A DNA stretch of 40,271 nt from Candidatus Latescibacterota bacterium (lineage in GTDB: Bacteria; Latescibacterota; 4484-107; B68-G9): assembly GCA_003645885.1 (NCBI GenBank), contig QNCW01000001.1, positions 1-40,271 of the forward strand, given 5' to 3'. The position numbers were made by a program, and so were the translations under genes. The notes under the pieces are model-generated. The model made no database searches. It saw nothing but the letters and a program-made list of their open reading frames with translations, and was not told the origin of the DNA. Below, in pieces: positions 1 to 9,463 of the stretch (positions are counted from its first letter, which is position 1; every line of letters begins with the position of its first letter).

Positions 1-579
1 GAAAGCCCCAGGGGCAGGCTTTACAACTACGTCAAGCCCGGAGCCTCGGATGTATTCGTATTCTACTCCGGCCACGGCGCTCCGGACCCCGAGACAAGGA
101 CAGCATACCTCGTGCCCTACGATGCTGACCCCAACTACATAAGGATAAACGGATATCCCCTCTCCCTCCTCTACGACAACCTCTCCCACATCCCCGCCAG
201 GAGGAAGTTCGTGTTCTTGGACGCATGTTTCTCGGGCACCACAGAGAGGGGTATGCTACTCAGGGATATATCCGGGATAATGGTGGAGCCTGTGGAAGTG
301 GGGAGGATAGACGAGAGGACGGTCGTTTTCACCGCCGCAAGCGGTGACGAGGTCGCCACGTGGTACGAAGAAAAGAGGCACGGGCTTTTTACATACTTTT
401 TCCTCAAGGGGCTCAAGGGAGAGGCGGACTCGAACGGAGACGGAAGGTTGACAGCAGGGGAACTTGCTGGATACCTGAAGGACGAGGTCCCCTACATGGC
501 CCGCAGGCTCAAGGGCAGGGAGCAGCACCCTGAGGTCAAGGGAAACCTTGGGATGGTCCTCTTGGAAAGGAAGAGGTGA
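1..579 (+). CDS. Caspase-family (peptidase C14) domain protein, 5'-truncated by the window edge
   Basis: Frame 1 is open from nt 1 to TGA 577-579; the ORF track starts only at the internal Met at 112. Translation from nt 1 gives ..VFVFYSGHGAP.. (caspase catalytic His motif), followed by ..KFVFLDACFSG.. (catalytic Cys motif). Order and spacing fit a C14 His/Cys dyad. Confidence 0.8.
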   Translation, partial: ESPRGRLYNYVKPGASDVFVFYSGHGAPDPETRTAYLVPYDADPNYIRINGYPLSLLYDNLSHIPARRKFVFLDACFSGTTERGMLLRDISGIMVEPVEVGRIDERTVVFTAASGDEVATWYEEKRHGLFTYFFLKGLKGEADSNGDGRLTAGELAGYLKDEVPYMARRLKGREQHPEVKGNLGMVLLERKR

Positions 580-819
580 GGAGACCCACGGACACAGAGG
601 AGGACGGGATGACATAGAAAAAGCGGTGGAGAGGGTTCTAACCCGGTACATAAGCTGTTTGAGCTTTTGGAAGACTATTTTTTGGGCAAGGCGATGCAGG
701 AGGTGCAAGGAGAAGAGAACATATCTCCGGCAGAAGCCCGGCGGCTCGTGGCTCTGGGACGGTTTTCGTGTTGTCCTGCCCGTCTGATGGATTTGTTTTC
801 TGAACGAGGTTGGTCGGAC

Positions 820-848
820 TTGCCCTGAAGGAAATATTGGTGTATATT
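820..848 (+). promoter_or_regulatory. Candidate sigma70-type promoter for cobB and the downstream array
   Basis: TTGCCC (820-825), 17-nt spacer, TATATT (843-848). It lies in an AT-rich patch about 28 nt upstream of ATG 876. The same -10 hexamer recurs at three other candidate promoters in the window. Confidence 0.35.
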
Positions 849-875
849 TTGTTTTGCCCTAAACGGAGGACCGAT

Positions 876-1610
876 ATGAAGGTCCCTGAGGAGGTGGTCG
901 CTGCCCTCAGGTCCGCAGGCTCGGTGACCGTGCTGACAGGTGCGGGAATATCCGCCGAGAGCGGTATCCCGACCTTCAGGGGGCCGGACGGGGTCTGGAG
1001 GGAGGTCGACCCCGAGGATGTGGCAACCCCCGAGGCCTTCCTGAGGGACCCCCTGGGCGTCTGGAGGTGGCACAAGAAGATGCGAAAGCTCGTGCTCTCG
1101 GCCGAGCCCAACCCCGCACACAGGGCCCTGGCCAGGATGGAGGGGATGTACGAGAACTTCACGTTGGTTACGCAGAACGTCGACGGCCTCCACCGTAGGG
1201 CGGGGAGCAGGAACGTGGTCGAGGTCCACGGGAACATACTGAGGGATAGGTGCCAGGACTGTGGGAAGGTCGTGGAGGAGCCAGAGTTCTGGGAGATGGA
1301 CTCGCCGCCCAGATGCTCGTGCGGTGGGCTCTTCCGTCCGGACGTCGTCTGGTTCGGCGAGCCGCTTCCCAAGGAAGCGTGGGAGGAGGCGGAGGGGGCC
1401 TCTAAGAGGTGCGACCTCTTCCTGCTCGTGGGAACTTCCGCCTCGGTGTACCCTGCGGCCCTCCTTCCGCAGGTGGCCAAAAGCTCAGGAGCGTACCTTA
1501 TAGAGGTGAACGTAGGTCCGTCCGAGGCATCCCCGCTCGTGGACAGTTCCATCTTCGGAAGGGCGGGCGAGGTTCTGCCCTCGCTCCTTAGGGCGTTGGA
1601 GGGGGGATGA
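876..1610 (+). CDS. cobB: NAD-dependent protein deacylase, Sir2/CobB family
   Basis: Motifs seen: GAGISAESGIPTFRG, QNVDGLH, VEVHGN (catalytic His), a Zn ribbon CQDCG..CSCGG, and RPDVVWFGE. I place the start at ATG 876 (GGAGGA at 865-870 as SD) rather than the track's 810. The TGA overlaps the next gene's ATG (ATGA). Confidence 0.9.
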   Translation: MKVPEEVVAALRSAGSVTVLTGAGISAESGIPTFRGPDGVWREVDPEDVATPEAFLRDPLGVWRWHKKMRKLVLSAEPNPAHRALARMEGMYENFTLVTQNVDGLHRRAGSRNVVEVHGNILRDRCQDCGKVVEEPEFWEMDSPPRCSCGGLFRPDVVWFGEPLPKEAWEEAEGASKRCDLFLLVGTSASVYPAALLPQVAKSSGAYLIEVNVGPSEASPLVDSSIFGRAGEVLPSLLRALEGG

Positions 1611-2761
1611 AGGCGGCCGTGCTCGTGGGCGACGGGATGGCGGACTATCCCCTTCCCGAACTTGGGGGAAGGACGCCCCTCGAGGTGGCGAGGACCCCGA
1701 ACATGGACCTTATAGCGAGGGAGGGGACCGGAGGGCTCGTCCGCACGATCCCCGACGGGATGCATCCAGGTTCGGATGTGGCCAACCTCTCGGTCCTGGG
1801 CTACGACCCCAAGAAGTACTACACCGGCAGGGCACCCCTCGAGGCTGCGAGCATGGGCGTGGAACTCTCCGAGGACGAGGTTGCCTTCAGGTGCAACTTG
1901 GTCACCGTGGAGGACGGCATAATGGCCGACTACAGCGCGGGCCATATATCCACGGAGGAGGCAAGGGAGCTGATATCCCTCCTCCAAAGGAGCCTGGGCT
2001 CCGGGGACCTGAGGTTCCACCCCGGGGTCTCGTACAGGCACCTCCTTGTACTAAGGGGCGGATACGAGGACCTGATCACTACTCCACCCCACGACATAAC
2101 AGGAAGGCCCGTCGAGGATTACCTGCCCGAGGGCGAAGGGGCGGATTTCCTCGTAGAACTTATGAGGGCTTCCGAGGAGGTCCTCACGAACTCCGAGCTG
2201 AACCGGAGGAGACTCGCAGAAGGCAGAAAGCCGGCGAACATGATATGGCCGTGGGGAGGGGGAAGGACCCCGAAGTTGCCCCCCTTCCCCCTCGAGGGAG
2301 GGGTCATATCCGCAGTGGACCTCGTAAAGGGCATAGGGACCTTGGCAGGGCTTGAAGTATTCGACGTCCCGGGTGCTACGGGGTACCTGGACACCAACTA
2401 CGAGGGGAAGGCCTCCTGCGCGTTGGAGATACTGAAGGATATGGACTTCGTCTTCCTCCATGTGGAGGCCCCGGACGAGGCGGGGCACTCAGGGAGCCTG
2501 GAGGACAAGATAAGGGCGATAGAGGACTTCGACGAAAAGGTCGTTGGGCCCCTCCTCGAGGGCATAAGGAAGCTCGGAGGAAGGGTCCTGGTGCTTCCTG
2601 ACCATCGCACCCCGATCCCGGTCCGTACTCACACCCCCGAACCCGTTCCCTTCGCCTTCTGGCCAGGGGAAGTCCATATAGGAGCTTTTTCCGAGGGGGA
2701 GGCCGAGTCCGGGCTCAGGGTTCGTGAGGGGTACAAGTTGATAGAAATCTTCCTGAGATGA
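1607..2761 (+). CDS. Cofactor-independent phosphoglycerate mutase family protein (archaeal ApgM-like / 'proposed homoserine kinase' clade)
   Basis: Motifs seen: LVGDGMADYP, HPGSDVANLSVLGYDP, HVEAPDEAGH, LPDHRTP. These are the alkaline-phosphatase-superfamily metal and Ser motifs of ApgM-type enzymes. The gene sits directly upstream of aspartate kinase. Confidence 0.85.
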   Translation: MKAAVLVGDGMADYPLPELGGRTPLEVARTPNMDLIAREGTGGLVRTIPDGMHPGSDVANLSVLGYDPKKYYTGRAPLEAASMGVELSEDEVAFRCNLVTVEDGIMADYSAGHISTEEARELISLLQRSLGSGDLRFHPGVSYRHLLVLRGGYEDLITTPPHDITGRPVEDYLPEGEGADFLVELMRASEEVLTNSELNRRRLAEGRKPANMIWPWGGGRTPKLPPFPLEGGVISAVDLVKGIGTLAGLEVFDVPGATGYLDTNYEGKASCALEILKDMDFVFLHVEAPDEAGHSGSLEDKIRAIEDFDEKVVGPLLEGIRKLGGRVLVLPDHRTPIPVRTHTPEPVPFAFWPGEVHIGAFSEGEAESGLRVREGYKLIEIFLR

Positions 2762-2770
2762 GGGGGATAT

Positions 2771-3994
2771 ATGGCTCTCGTGGTGCAGAAGTACGGGGGA
2801 AGTTCCCTGGCTACCCCTGAACTAATCCGCAAGGTGGCCGAGAGGGTCATAAGGAAGAAGGAAGAAGGTCACGACCTCGTCGTGGTCGTGAGCGCCATGG
2901 GTAAGACCACCGACGACCTCATACGCTTGGCCGAGGAGGTGGCGGAGGAGCCCCCTCCCAGGGAGATGGACATGCTGCTCTCGTCTGGGGAACAGATATC
3001 CATGGCGCTCTTAGCGATGGCCATACAGGACATGGGGTACCCCGCTATATCCCTCACGGGCCCGCAGGCCGGAATAATGACCGACACGAGCCATAGGAAG
3101 GCCAGGATACTGGAGGTGGACACGTCCAGGGTAAGGAAGGAGCTTTCCGAGGGAAAGATAGTGATAGTCGCAGGCTTCCAGGGCCTGAGCACGGAAGGGG
3201 AGATAACGACGTTGGGCAGGGGAGGTTCCGACAGGACCGCCGTGGCCTTGGCCTACGCCTTAGGGGCCGAGGGGTGTGAGATATACACGGATGTAGAGGG
3301 CGTCTTCACCGCCGACCCCAGGATAGTCCCCGAGGCTAAGAAGATCCCCGTGATCTCGGGGGACGAGATGTTGGAGCTGGCAAGTTCGGGTGCCAAGGTT
3401 ATGGAGGCGAGGTCGGTGGAGTTCGCCACGAAGTACGGGGTCGAGGTCCACGTGCGCTCCACGTTCAGCGACGAACCAGGGACCGTAATAAAGAGGGAGG
3501 ACCCTGCCATGGAGAAGGTCTTAGTGAGGGGGATAGCCTTGGACACCAAGGAGGCCAAAGTCACGATAAGGAGAGTTCCGGACAGGCCCGGCGTGGCCGC
3601 TGCAATATTCTCACCCTTGGCGGACGCCAACATAAACGTCGACATGATAGTCCAAAACGTGAGCCAGGACGGCTTCACGGACCTATCCTTCACCGTGAGC
3701 ACGTCCGACCTCAAGACGGCCTTGGCCATCTGCGAGGGGACCAAGGCCAGGGTGGGGGCCGAGGAGGTCACAGCCGACGAGGATGTGGCAAAGGTCTCCG
3801 TCGTCGGGGTGGGTATGCGCTCCCATGCGGGCGTGGCGGCCAAGATGTTCAAGGCCTTGGCCGACGAGGGGATAAATATAGAAATGATAACAACATCTGA
3901 GATAAGGATATCGTGCGTAGTGAGGAAGGAACAGGGCGAGAGGGCCGTGAGGGCGCTCCATAGGGCCTTCGAGCTCGACAAGGAGCCGACATGA
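2771..3994 (+). CDS. lysC: Aspartate kinase with C-terminal ACT domains
   Basis: N-terminus [13 protein letters not shown], plus [27 protein letters not shown] and [15 protein letters not shown]. The C-terminal tandem ACT-like region includes [10 protein letters not shown]. Confidence 0.93.
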   Translation: MALVVQKYGGSSLATPELIRKVAERVIRKKEEGHDLVVVVSAMGKTTDDLIRLAEEVAEEPPPREMDMLLSSGEQISMALLAMAIQDMGYPAISLTGPQAGIMTDTSHRKARILEVDTSRVRKELSEGKIVIVAGFQGLSTEGEITTLGRGGSDRTAVALAYALGAEGCEIYTDVEGVFTADPRIVPEAKKIPVISGDEMLELASSGAKVMEARSVEFATKYGVEVHVRSTFSDEPGTVIKREDPAMEKVLVRGIALDTKEAKVTIRRVPDRPGVAAAIFSPLADANINVDMIVQNVSQDGFTDLSFTVSTSDLKTALAICEGTKARVGAEEVTADEDVAKVSVVGVGMRSHAGVAAKMFKALADEGINIEMITTSEIRISCVVRKEQGERAVRALHRAFELDKEPT

Positions 3995-4797
3995 GGGTGG
4001 CTCTGCTGGGTGCTGGGAACATGGGCACGAGCCTCCTCAGGGGTTGGATGAGGAGGGGGGGGATCGAGGTCTCGGTCTGGGACCCCCTGCCCAGAAGGAG
4101 GGAGGAGGCCGGAAGGCTCGGAGCGAAGGTTGCACCCTCGAACCCCGAGGCGGTGCAAGGTGCGGATGTAGTGGTCTTAGCCGTAAAACCCGGGAAGGTG
4201 GGGGAGGTCCTGGACGAGGTAGGAAGTTCGCTTCCCGATGGGGGTATGCTCCTTTCGGTGGCTGCCGGCGTGCCCACGGCCTTTTTGGAGGGAAGGCTCG
4301 GAAGGAGGTACCCCGTCGTGAGGGCCATGCCCAACTCCCCTGCCCTCGTAGGGGTCGGAATCTCGGCGGTATGCCCCGGAAGGTGGGCCTCCGATGAGCA
4401 TCTCGAAAGGGCCGAGGCCCTGCTTGGAGCGGTGGGCGAGGTGGTGAGGACGGAAGAGAAGCTTATGGACGCTGTAACGGGGCTTTCGGGAAGCGGCCCT
4501 GCTTACGTGTACACCTTCTTAGAGGCCCTCGTGGACGGAGGGGTGCTCGTGGGCCTTCCGAGGGACCTCGCCCTCAAGCTCGCCCTGGGCACGGTGCTGG
4601 GCGCGGCCAAGATGGCGAAGGAGACGGGGGAGGACCTATCTTCCCTTAGAGGAAAGGTGACTTCCCCGGGTGGGACCACCATAGCAGGTCTTTATGCCCT
4701 GGAGAAGATGAGGTTCAGGGCCGCAGTTATGGGGGCCGTGGAGGCTGCCACGAAACGCTCCGAGGAACTTAGGGATGAGCTTTATAGTGATAGTTGA
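3991..4797 (+). CDS. proC: Pyrroline-5-carboxylate reductase
   Basis: Motifs seen: LLGAGNMG Rossmann motif, [40 protein letters not shown] overlap with the lysC stop. Confidence 0.9.
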   Translation: MRVALLGAGNMGTSLLRGWMRRGGIEVSVWDPLPRRREEAGRLGAKVAPSNPEAVQGADVVVLAVKPGKVGEVLDEVGSSLPDGGMLLSVAAGVPTAFLEGRLGRRYPVVRAMPNSPALVGVGISAVCPGRWASDEHLERAEALLGAVGEVVRTEEKLMDAVTGLSGSGPAYVYTFLEALVDGGVLVGLPRDLALKLALGTVLGAAKMAKETGEDLSSLRGKVTSPGGTTIAGLYALEKMRFRAAVMGAVEAATKRSEELRDELYSDS

Positions 4798-5386
4798 CTA
4801 CGGGATGGGGAACCTCAGGAGCGTCCAGAAGGGTTTCCAGAGGATGGGCTTCCGTGCGGAGGTCTCCTCGGATCCGGACGCCGTGGCCCGGGCCGGGAAG
4901 CTGGTCCTTCCGGGCGTCGGGGCCTTCGGGGACGCCATGGAGGAGCTGAAAAGGAGGGGGCTTGCGGAGGCCTTAGTTGAGGCCGTGGGGAGGGGGACCC
5001 CCCTCTTAGGGATATGCCTGGGGCTCCAGCTCCTTTTCCAGGAGAGCGAGGAAGGGGGAAGGTACGAGGGCCTCGGGCTCCTCGAGGGAAGGGTGAGGAA
5101 GTTCCCGGACGGCCTCCCCGTCCCCCAGATAGGATGGAACCAGGTACACATCAGGAAGCCGAGTCCCCTCTTCTCCGGAATCCCGGACGGGTCCTTCTTC
5201 TACTTCGTCCACTCGTACTACGTCGAGCCCGAGGACCCTGAAGATATCGTAGCCGAGACCGAGTACGGGATATCCTACGCATCCGCCGTGGGAAGGGGGA
5301 ACGCCTTCGGAGTGCAGTTCCATCCCGAGAAGAGCCAGAGGATGGGTCTGAAACTCCTGGAGAACTTTGGAAGGCTCCCATGCTAG
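4775..5386 (+). CDS. hisH: Imidazole glycerol phosphate synthase, glutamine amidotransferase subunit
   Basis: Motifs seen: [31 protein letters not shown] (catalytic Cys), HSYY, QFHPEKS. Confidence 0.93.
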   Translation: MSFIVIVDYGMGNLRSVQKGFQRMGFRAEVSSDPDAVARAGKLVLPGVGAFGDAMEELKRRGLAEALVEAVGRGTPLLGICLGLQLLFQESEEGGRYEGLGLLEGRVRKFPDGLPVPQIGWNQVHIRKPSPLFSGIPDGSFFYFVHSYYVEPEDPEDIVAETEYGISYASAVGRGNAFGVQFHPEKSQRMGLKLLENFGRLPC

Positions 5387-6111
5387 TCCTCCCGGCAGTG
5401 GACATAAAGGGAGGAAGGTGCGTGAGGCTCCTCCGTGGGGAGAGGGGGAGCGAGAAGGTGTACTTCGACGACCCCGTGCATGCGGCGCTCGTGTGGCAGG
5501 ACGAAGGTGCGAGGCTCATCCACGTGGTGGACCTGGACGGGGCGTGGGAGGGGATGCCCAAGAACTGGAAGGTAGTATCCCGAATCCTGAAGGCGGTGGA
5601 GGTCCCGATCCAGCTCGGGGGAGGGCTCAGGTCCCTGGAGGCCATAGGTAGGGTCCTGGATGCCGGGGTGGAGAGGGCTGTGTTGGGAACGGCAGCCGTG
5701 GAGGAGCCCGGGCTCGTGGCGGAGGCGGTGCGCCGGTTCGGACCGGAGAGGATAGTCGTGGGCCTGGACGTTAAGGACGGGGAGGTGGCCGTGAAGGGGT
5801 GGACCGAGGGCTCAGGCCTTTCCCCCTCCGTGCTCGGGCTCAGGATGAGGGACCTTGGGGTCACAAGGGCGCTTTACACCGACATCTCGAGGGACGGAGC
5901 GCTCTCAGGGCCGAACATCGAGGCTATAAGGAAATTTGCCGAATCCACAGGACTTAAGCTCATAGCCTCCGGTGGCATATCCTCCTTGGAAGATGTCGTT
6001 AAGATAAGGGAACTCGAGCCCTTCGGCGTCGAGGGGATGATGGTGGGGAGGGCCCTCTACGAGGGGAGGTTCTCGCTGAGGGAGGCCATCGAGGTTGCGG
6101 AGGGGAGATGA
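5380..6111 (+). CDS. hisA: ProFAR isomerase (HisA)
   Basis: Motifs seen: LPAVDIKGGRCVRL, HVVDLDGA, QLGGGLRS, ASGGISS, VGRALYEG. Confidence 0.92.
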   Translation: MLVLPAVDIKGGRCVRLLRGERGSEKVYFDDPVHAALVWQDEGARLIHVVDLDGAWEGMPKNWKVVSRILKAVEVPIQLGGGLRSLEAIGRVLDAGVERAVLGTAAVEEPGLVAEAVRRFGPERIVVGLDVKDGEVAVKGWTEGSGLSPSVLGLRMRDLGVTRALYTDISRDGALSGPNIEAIRKFAESTGLKLIASGGISSLEDVVKIRELEPFGVEGMMVGRALYEGRFSLREAIEVAEGR

Positions 6112-7106
6112 GGGCAGCGGTCATAGAGGGGCCGGGGAAGGTAACGGTGAGGGAAGTCCCCGAGCCCGAGCCAGCCCCGGACGAAGTGGTGATCGAGGTG
6201 GACTCCGCAGGGGTCTGCGGCACCGACCTCCACCTCCTGAGGGGGGAGCTTCCCTACCCGTACCCGATAACGCCCGGACACGAGGTCGTGGGCACTGTGG
6301 TGAAGGTTGGAAGGGATGTCTCGAGCATAGAGCCGGGCAGTAGGGTCACCTTCGACCCCAACATCCCATGCGGAAAGTGCTACTTCTGCAGGAGGATGCG
6401 CTTCAACCACTGCCTGGACTGGCAGGGGATAGGTATAACCAGGGAAGGTGGCTTTGCGGAGAGGGTGGCGGTTCCAGGGAAGGTGGTCTATCCTGTGGGG
6501 GACATGCCCTTCGAAAGGGCGGTATTTGCGGAGCCTTTGGCCTGCGTCGTCTACGGGGTGCTGAGGGCCGACCCCAAGCCCGGCGACAGGGTCCTCCTCT
6601 TCGGGGCCGGTCCCATAGGCCTGCTCCTCCTCCAGGTCCTCAAGGTTGCAGGCGCCACCTCGGTCACGGTCGTAGAGGTGAGGGAGGAGAGGCTGAGGCT
6701 GGCGGAGGAGCTCGGAGCCGAAAGGACAGTACGGGCCGGCCACGAGGAAGCTCTCAGGGAGGCTCCCTTTGGGTACGACATCGTGGTGGACGCGACCGGG
6801 GTCCCGGAGGTCGTCTCCAGGTGCGCCGATTTTGTGACCCCGGGAGGCAAGGTGCTGCTCTTCGGGGTATGCCCCGAGGGCGCCACCGTGCGGTTGAGCC
6901 CTTTCCAGATCTACCGCAGGGACATAACCATCCTCGGCTCCTTCGCCCTGAACTACACCATGGACCGAGCGTTGGAGCTACTGTCGTCGGGTTCCGTCAG
7001 GGTCGAACCTCTGATCTCCCACAGGTTCCCCTTGGAGAGGTTTCCCGAGGCTTTGGAACTTGTAGGAAGCGATGAGCCGAGCCTCAAGGTGCTCGTAAGA
7101 CCGTGA
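6108..7106 (+). CDS. Zn-dependent medium-chain alcohol / threonine-sorbitol-type dehydrogenase
   Basis: Motifs seen: GVCGTDLH, GHEVVG, structural-Zn motif CGKCYFCRRMRFNHC, and NAD motif GAGPIGLL. ATGA overlap with the hisA stop. Confidence 0.85.
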   Translation: MRAAVIEGPGKVTVREVPEPEPAPDEVVIEVDSAGVCGTDLHLLRGELPYPYPITPGHEVVGTVVKVGRDVSSIEPGSRVTFDPNIPCGKCYFCRRMRFNHCLDWQGIGITREGGFAERVAVPGKVVYPVGDMPFERAVFAEPLACVVYGVLRADPKPGDRVLLFGAGPIGLLLLQVLKVAGATSVTVVEVREERLRLAEELGAERTVRAGHEEALREAPFGYDIVVDATGVPEVVSRCADFVTPGGKVLLFGVCPEGATVRLSPFQIYRRDITILGSFALNYTMDRALELLSSGSVRVEPLISHRFPLERFPEALELVGSDEPSLKVLVRP

Positions 7107-8053
7107 GGAAGAAGCTCTGGAGGTGGACGAGGCATACCTCCGCCTACCTTGCGGTGCTCGGGCTTCGCCTCGTATTGGAGCGCATCCCCAGGAGGGCGGC
7201 CCTCAAGCTCGGGGACCTGGGAGGAAGGTTGGCCTACAGGCTCCTGAGCACGGCCAGGAGGAGGACCCAGGAACACATAAAGATGGTCCTGGGGCTCGGA
7301 GGTGAAGAGCTTAAAGAACTCTCCGAGAGGGTGTTCAGGGAGTTCGGAGCTAACGTCGCAGAATTTTTGAGGTTGAGGGTGCTCCTCGAGGAAGGGTTGG
7401 ACGGCTTGGTCCGTGCGGAGGGCCTGGAGAACTTGGACCGGGCCCTCTCGGAGGGGAGGGGTGCGATAGCGATAACGGGGCATCTCGGGAACTGGGAGCT
7501 TTTGGGAGCGTATTTGGCCGGCAAGGGATATCCCGTATATGTGGTGGGCAGGAAGCTCTTCGACGAGAGGATAGATAGGTTCGTAGTGGGGTACAGGGAG
7601 ATGGCCGGGGTGCACAACGTTCCGAGGGGGGAGGATGCGAGGACCCTGTTCAGGGTCCTGAGGAGGGGGAAGGTCCTCGGCCTCCTGATGGACCAGGACA
7701 CCAAGGTCCAGGGGGCCTTCGTGCCCTTCTTAGGGAAGGTCGCTTACACCCCCTCCGGACCGGTGAAGTTGGCCATGCGCACGGGTTCTCCTATAGTGCC
7801 CATGGCGCTCTACCGTGAAGGGGAGGGCTACAGGCTGGTGGTCCTACCCCCCATCCAGCCCCCCGATGTAGAGGAGGGCCTGAGGATGTGTAACGAAGCC
7901 TTGGAGCATCTCATCCTTACGCACCCTGAGCAGTGGGCTTGGATGCACAGGAGGTGGAAGACCAGACCGGGAGGGGAAGATGCGATGGTCCGTTCTGGCG
8001 ACGATATGTCTTCTGGCCTGTTCCAGGGAACCCCAAGATGTCCCGTCGGGTGA
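7103..8053 (+). CDS. Lipid A biosynthesis (Kdo)2-lipid IVA acyltransferase family protein (LpxL/HtrB-like)
   Basis: Motifs seen: ITGHLGNWELLG (HX4D/E acyltransferase motif), MDQD, PSGPVKLA, EQWAWMHRRWKTRP (LpxL-type C-terminus). The GTG start overlaps the upstream TGA (GTGA). Confidence 0.8.
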   Translation: MRKKLWRWTRHTSAYLAVLGLRLVLERIPRRAALKLGDLGGRLAYRLLSTARRRTQEHIKMVLGLGGEELKELSERVFREFGANVAEFLRLRVLLEEGLDGLVRAEGLENLDRALSEGRGAIAITGHLGNWELLGAYLAGKGYPVYVVGRKLFDERIDRFVVGYREMAGVHNVPRGEDARTLFRVLRRGKVLGLLMDQDTKVQGAFVPFLGKVAYTPSGPVKLAMRTGSPIVPMALYREGEGYRLVVLPPIQPPDVEEGLRMCNEALEHLILTHPEQWAWMHRRWKTRPGGEDAMVRSGDDMSSGLFQGTPRCPVG

Positions 8054-8480
8054 GGGGGGGCCCGTCCAGGAGTCCTGGGAAGCTGAGATAAGGATAACCG
8101 AGGAGGGCAGGCCGAAGTGCACGATACTGGCCGAACACCTGCTCCGTTACGAGAACCCGGACCGCTCCGAGCTCGAGGGGGTGAGGGCCACCTTCTACGA
8201 TAGGAAGGGGCAGGCTTCGATAAAGCTCACCGCCGAAAGGGGGGTCGTCTACGAGGACAGGGTTGAGGTGAAGGGGAACGTGGTCCTCACATACGGGGAC
8301 AGCCTGAAGGTGGAGACCCAGAGGGCCAGATGGGACAGGAAGGGGGGGAGGATAACCTCCGAGGGGCCCGTCAGGATAGAGACCCCCGAAGGAGAGGAGG
8401 TCGGGGAGGGGTTCGTGTGCGAGGCACACTCCGGAAGGTGGTGGATGCGCTCCGTAAGGGGGCAGGTGCTTGCACCTTAG
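7980..8480 (+). CDS. lptC: LptC-like LPS export lipoprotein
   Basis: The N-terminus MRWSVLATICLLAC carries a lipobox-like LLAC. GGGAGG SD lies upstream of ATG 7980. The body is beta-rich and OstA/LptC-like (VRATFYDRKG.., VEVKGNVVL..). The gene sits between lpxL-family and lptA-like/lptB genes. Confidence 0.62.
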   Translation: MRWSVLATICLLACSREPQDVPSGEGGPVQESWEAEIRITEEGRPKCTILAEHLLRYENPDRSELEGVRATFYDRKGQASIKLTAERGVVYEDRVEVKGNVVLTYGDSLKVETQRARWDRKGGRITSEGPVRIETPEGEEVGEGFVCEAHSGRWWMRSVRGQVLAP

Positions 8481-9463
8481 CCCTTCTGTGCGGTGCATCT
8501 GGGAGGGTCTTCAACTTCTCGGCCGGCCGCACCGAGGTCCGGAGGGAGGAGGGGGGATGGGTGAAGGTCTTCGAGGACGGCTTTTGCGCCACCGATGGGA
8601 CGGTCCTCCTCTCGGCAAAGAGGGGAGCCTACAGGGAGGGGCAGGCCGAGGTCGTGTTGGAGGGCGAGGTCGTGGTGGAGGACACGGCGGGCTCCCTTAG
8701 GGCCGGGAAGGTGGTCTACCGGATGGACGAAGAGGTCGTGGAAGCATCCGGAAGGGTGAGCGGCTTATATCGTGGATGGAAGTTCAGGGCCGAAAAGGCC
8801 AAATACTTCCGGAGGGAAGGTTACGTAGTGGCCGGCGGTGGGGTCGTCCTCGAGGACACCTCAGGGGAGGTATCGGCCCGGGCCCTCAGGGGGAGGTACG
8901 AGCTTGAGGGGAGGGGATATATAGAGGGAGAGGCCGTACTTACGAGGACGGGGGCCATGCTATCCGCCGACAGGATATCCTCCGACGGGAGGAGTATGGT
9001 GGCGGAGGGGGAAGTCCTGATAAAGAAGGGGAACATGGAGGCGACCTGTGGACGGGCCGAGTACAGGGAGGGCAAAATGCTCCTTGTGGCGGGTCCCTCG
9101 GGCTCCATATCCGAGGGGGAGATCGAGAGCACCCTGAAGGGGGACACCATAGAGGTCTTCCTGAGGGACTCTGAGGTGGAAAGGCTCGTCCTGTTCGGCG
9201 GAGCAAAGCTCATTTCGCAAGGACCTAAGGGAAGCAACTTTCTTTCCGGAAGGAAGATAGAAGTGTTCATAGAAGGAAACGAGCCGAAGAGGGTGTTGGT
9301 CTTGGGAAACGCTGTGGGGGTCTACGAGGCCAAGGGGAAGAATCCATCGCTCAACACCGTGACCGGCGACAGGATGGAGGTGGTGCTGAGCGAGGGGGAG
9401 GTCGTGAGGGTGGGCGTAGCAGGGGGGGTGGAGGGAACTTACAGATGGAGGGGGAAGCTTTGA
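8438..9463 (+). CDS. LptA/OstA-like periplasmic protein, about twice the usual LptA length
   Basis: Repetitive beta-strand pattern typical of OstA_N folds (A.R..Y......v.L.G.V.v.d). It lies immediately upstream of lptB and overlaps it. The start is uncertain. GTG 8438 gives a signal-like N-terminus (..RKGAGACTLALLCGASG) and a smaller overlap with lptC than the track's ATG 8330. Confidence 0.58.
   Translation: MVDALRKGAGACTLALLCGASGRVFNFSAGRTEVRREEGGWVKVFEDGFCATDGTVLLSAKRGAYREGQAEVVLEGEVVVEDTAGSLRAGKVVYRMDEEVVEASGRVSGLYRGWKFRAEKAKYFRREGYVVAGGGVVLEDTSGEVSARALRGRYELEGRGYIEGEAVLTRTGAMLSADRISSDGRSMVAEGEVLIKKGNMEATCGRAEYREGKMLLVAGPSGSISEGEIESTLKGDTIEVFLRDSEVERLVLFGGAKLISQGPKGSNFLSGRKIEVFIEGNEPKRVLVLGNAVGVYEAKGKNPSLNTVTGDRMEVVLSEGEVVRVGVAGGVEGTYRWRGKL

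Noticed and set aside
610-828. Short open frame in the caspase-cobB spacer. From ATG 694 it encodes 44 aa (MQEVQGEENISPAEARRLVALGRFSCCPARLMDLFSERGWSDLP), and an open frame extends upstream to 610.
   Set aside because: It has a weak or absent SD and atypical codons (TGT TGT, TTT, TCT). Its end overlaps the predicted cobB -35 box, and I recognise no motif. It could be a gene remnant, but there is not enough support to call it.
810-875. N-terminal extensions proposed by the ORF track. These are cobB 810, lptA-like 8330, purA 13653, NIL-Fdx 18381, DUF362 20049, protease 20963, FG-GAP protein 24178 and lysS 25438 (TTG).
   Set aside because: In each case a downstream start has a proper SD, gives a family-typical N-terminus or signal peptide, and removes long overlaps with the upstream gene or with promoter or hairpin sequence.
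1-1610. Caspase-like protease plus Sir2 protein as a possible two-gene defence module.
   Set aside because: The Sir2 protein is a compact canonical CobB-type deacylase with a Zn ribbon and QNVDGLH/HG motifs. It has its own promoter after a 297-nt gap and is translationally coupled to housekeeping genes downstream. Nothing supports a functional link.
638-2041. Very long antisense or shadow ORFs in the track. Examples: 638-2041(-) 467 aa, 3253-4158(-), 5151-5864(-), 14083-14961(-), 16993-17820(+), 25693-26610(-), 29524-30417(-), 36446-37147(-).
   Set aside because: Each lies opposite or out of frame to a gene with unmistakable family motifs. Their translations are low-complexity (P/R/G/S/L-rich) with no recognisable motifs. 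Long stop-free antisense frames are expected at this GC content and codon bias.
4775-6111. hisH-hisA without the adjacent hisF or hisB genes, as a possible pathway anomaly.
   Set aside because: Scattered his genes are common in compact or thermophilic genomes. The missing partners are probably elsewhere, which cannot be assessed from this window.
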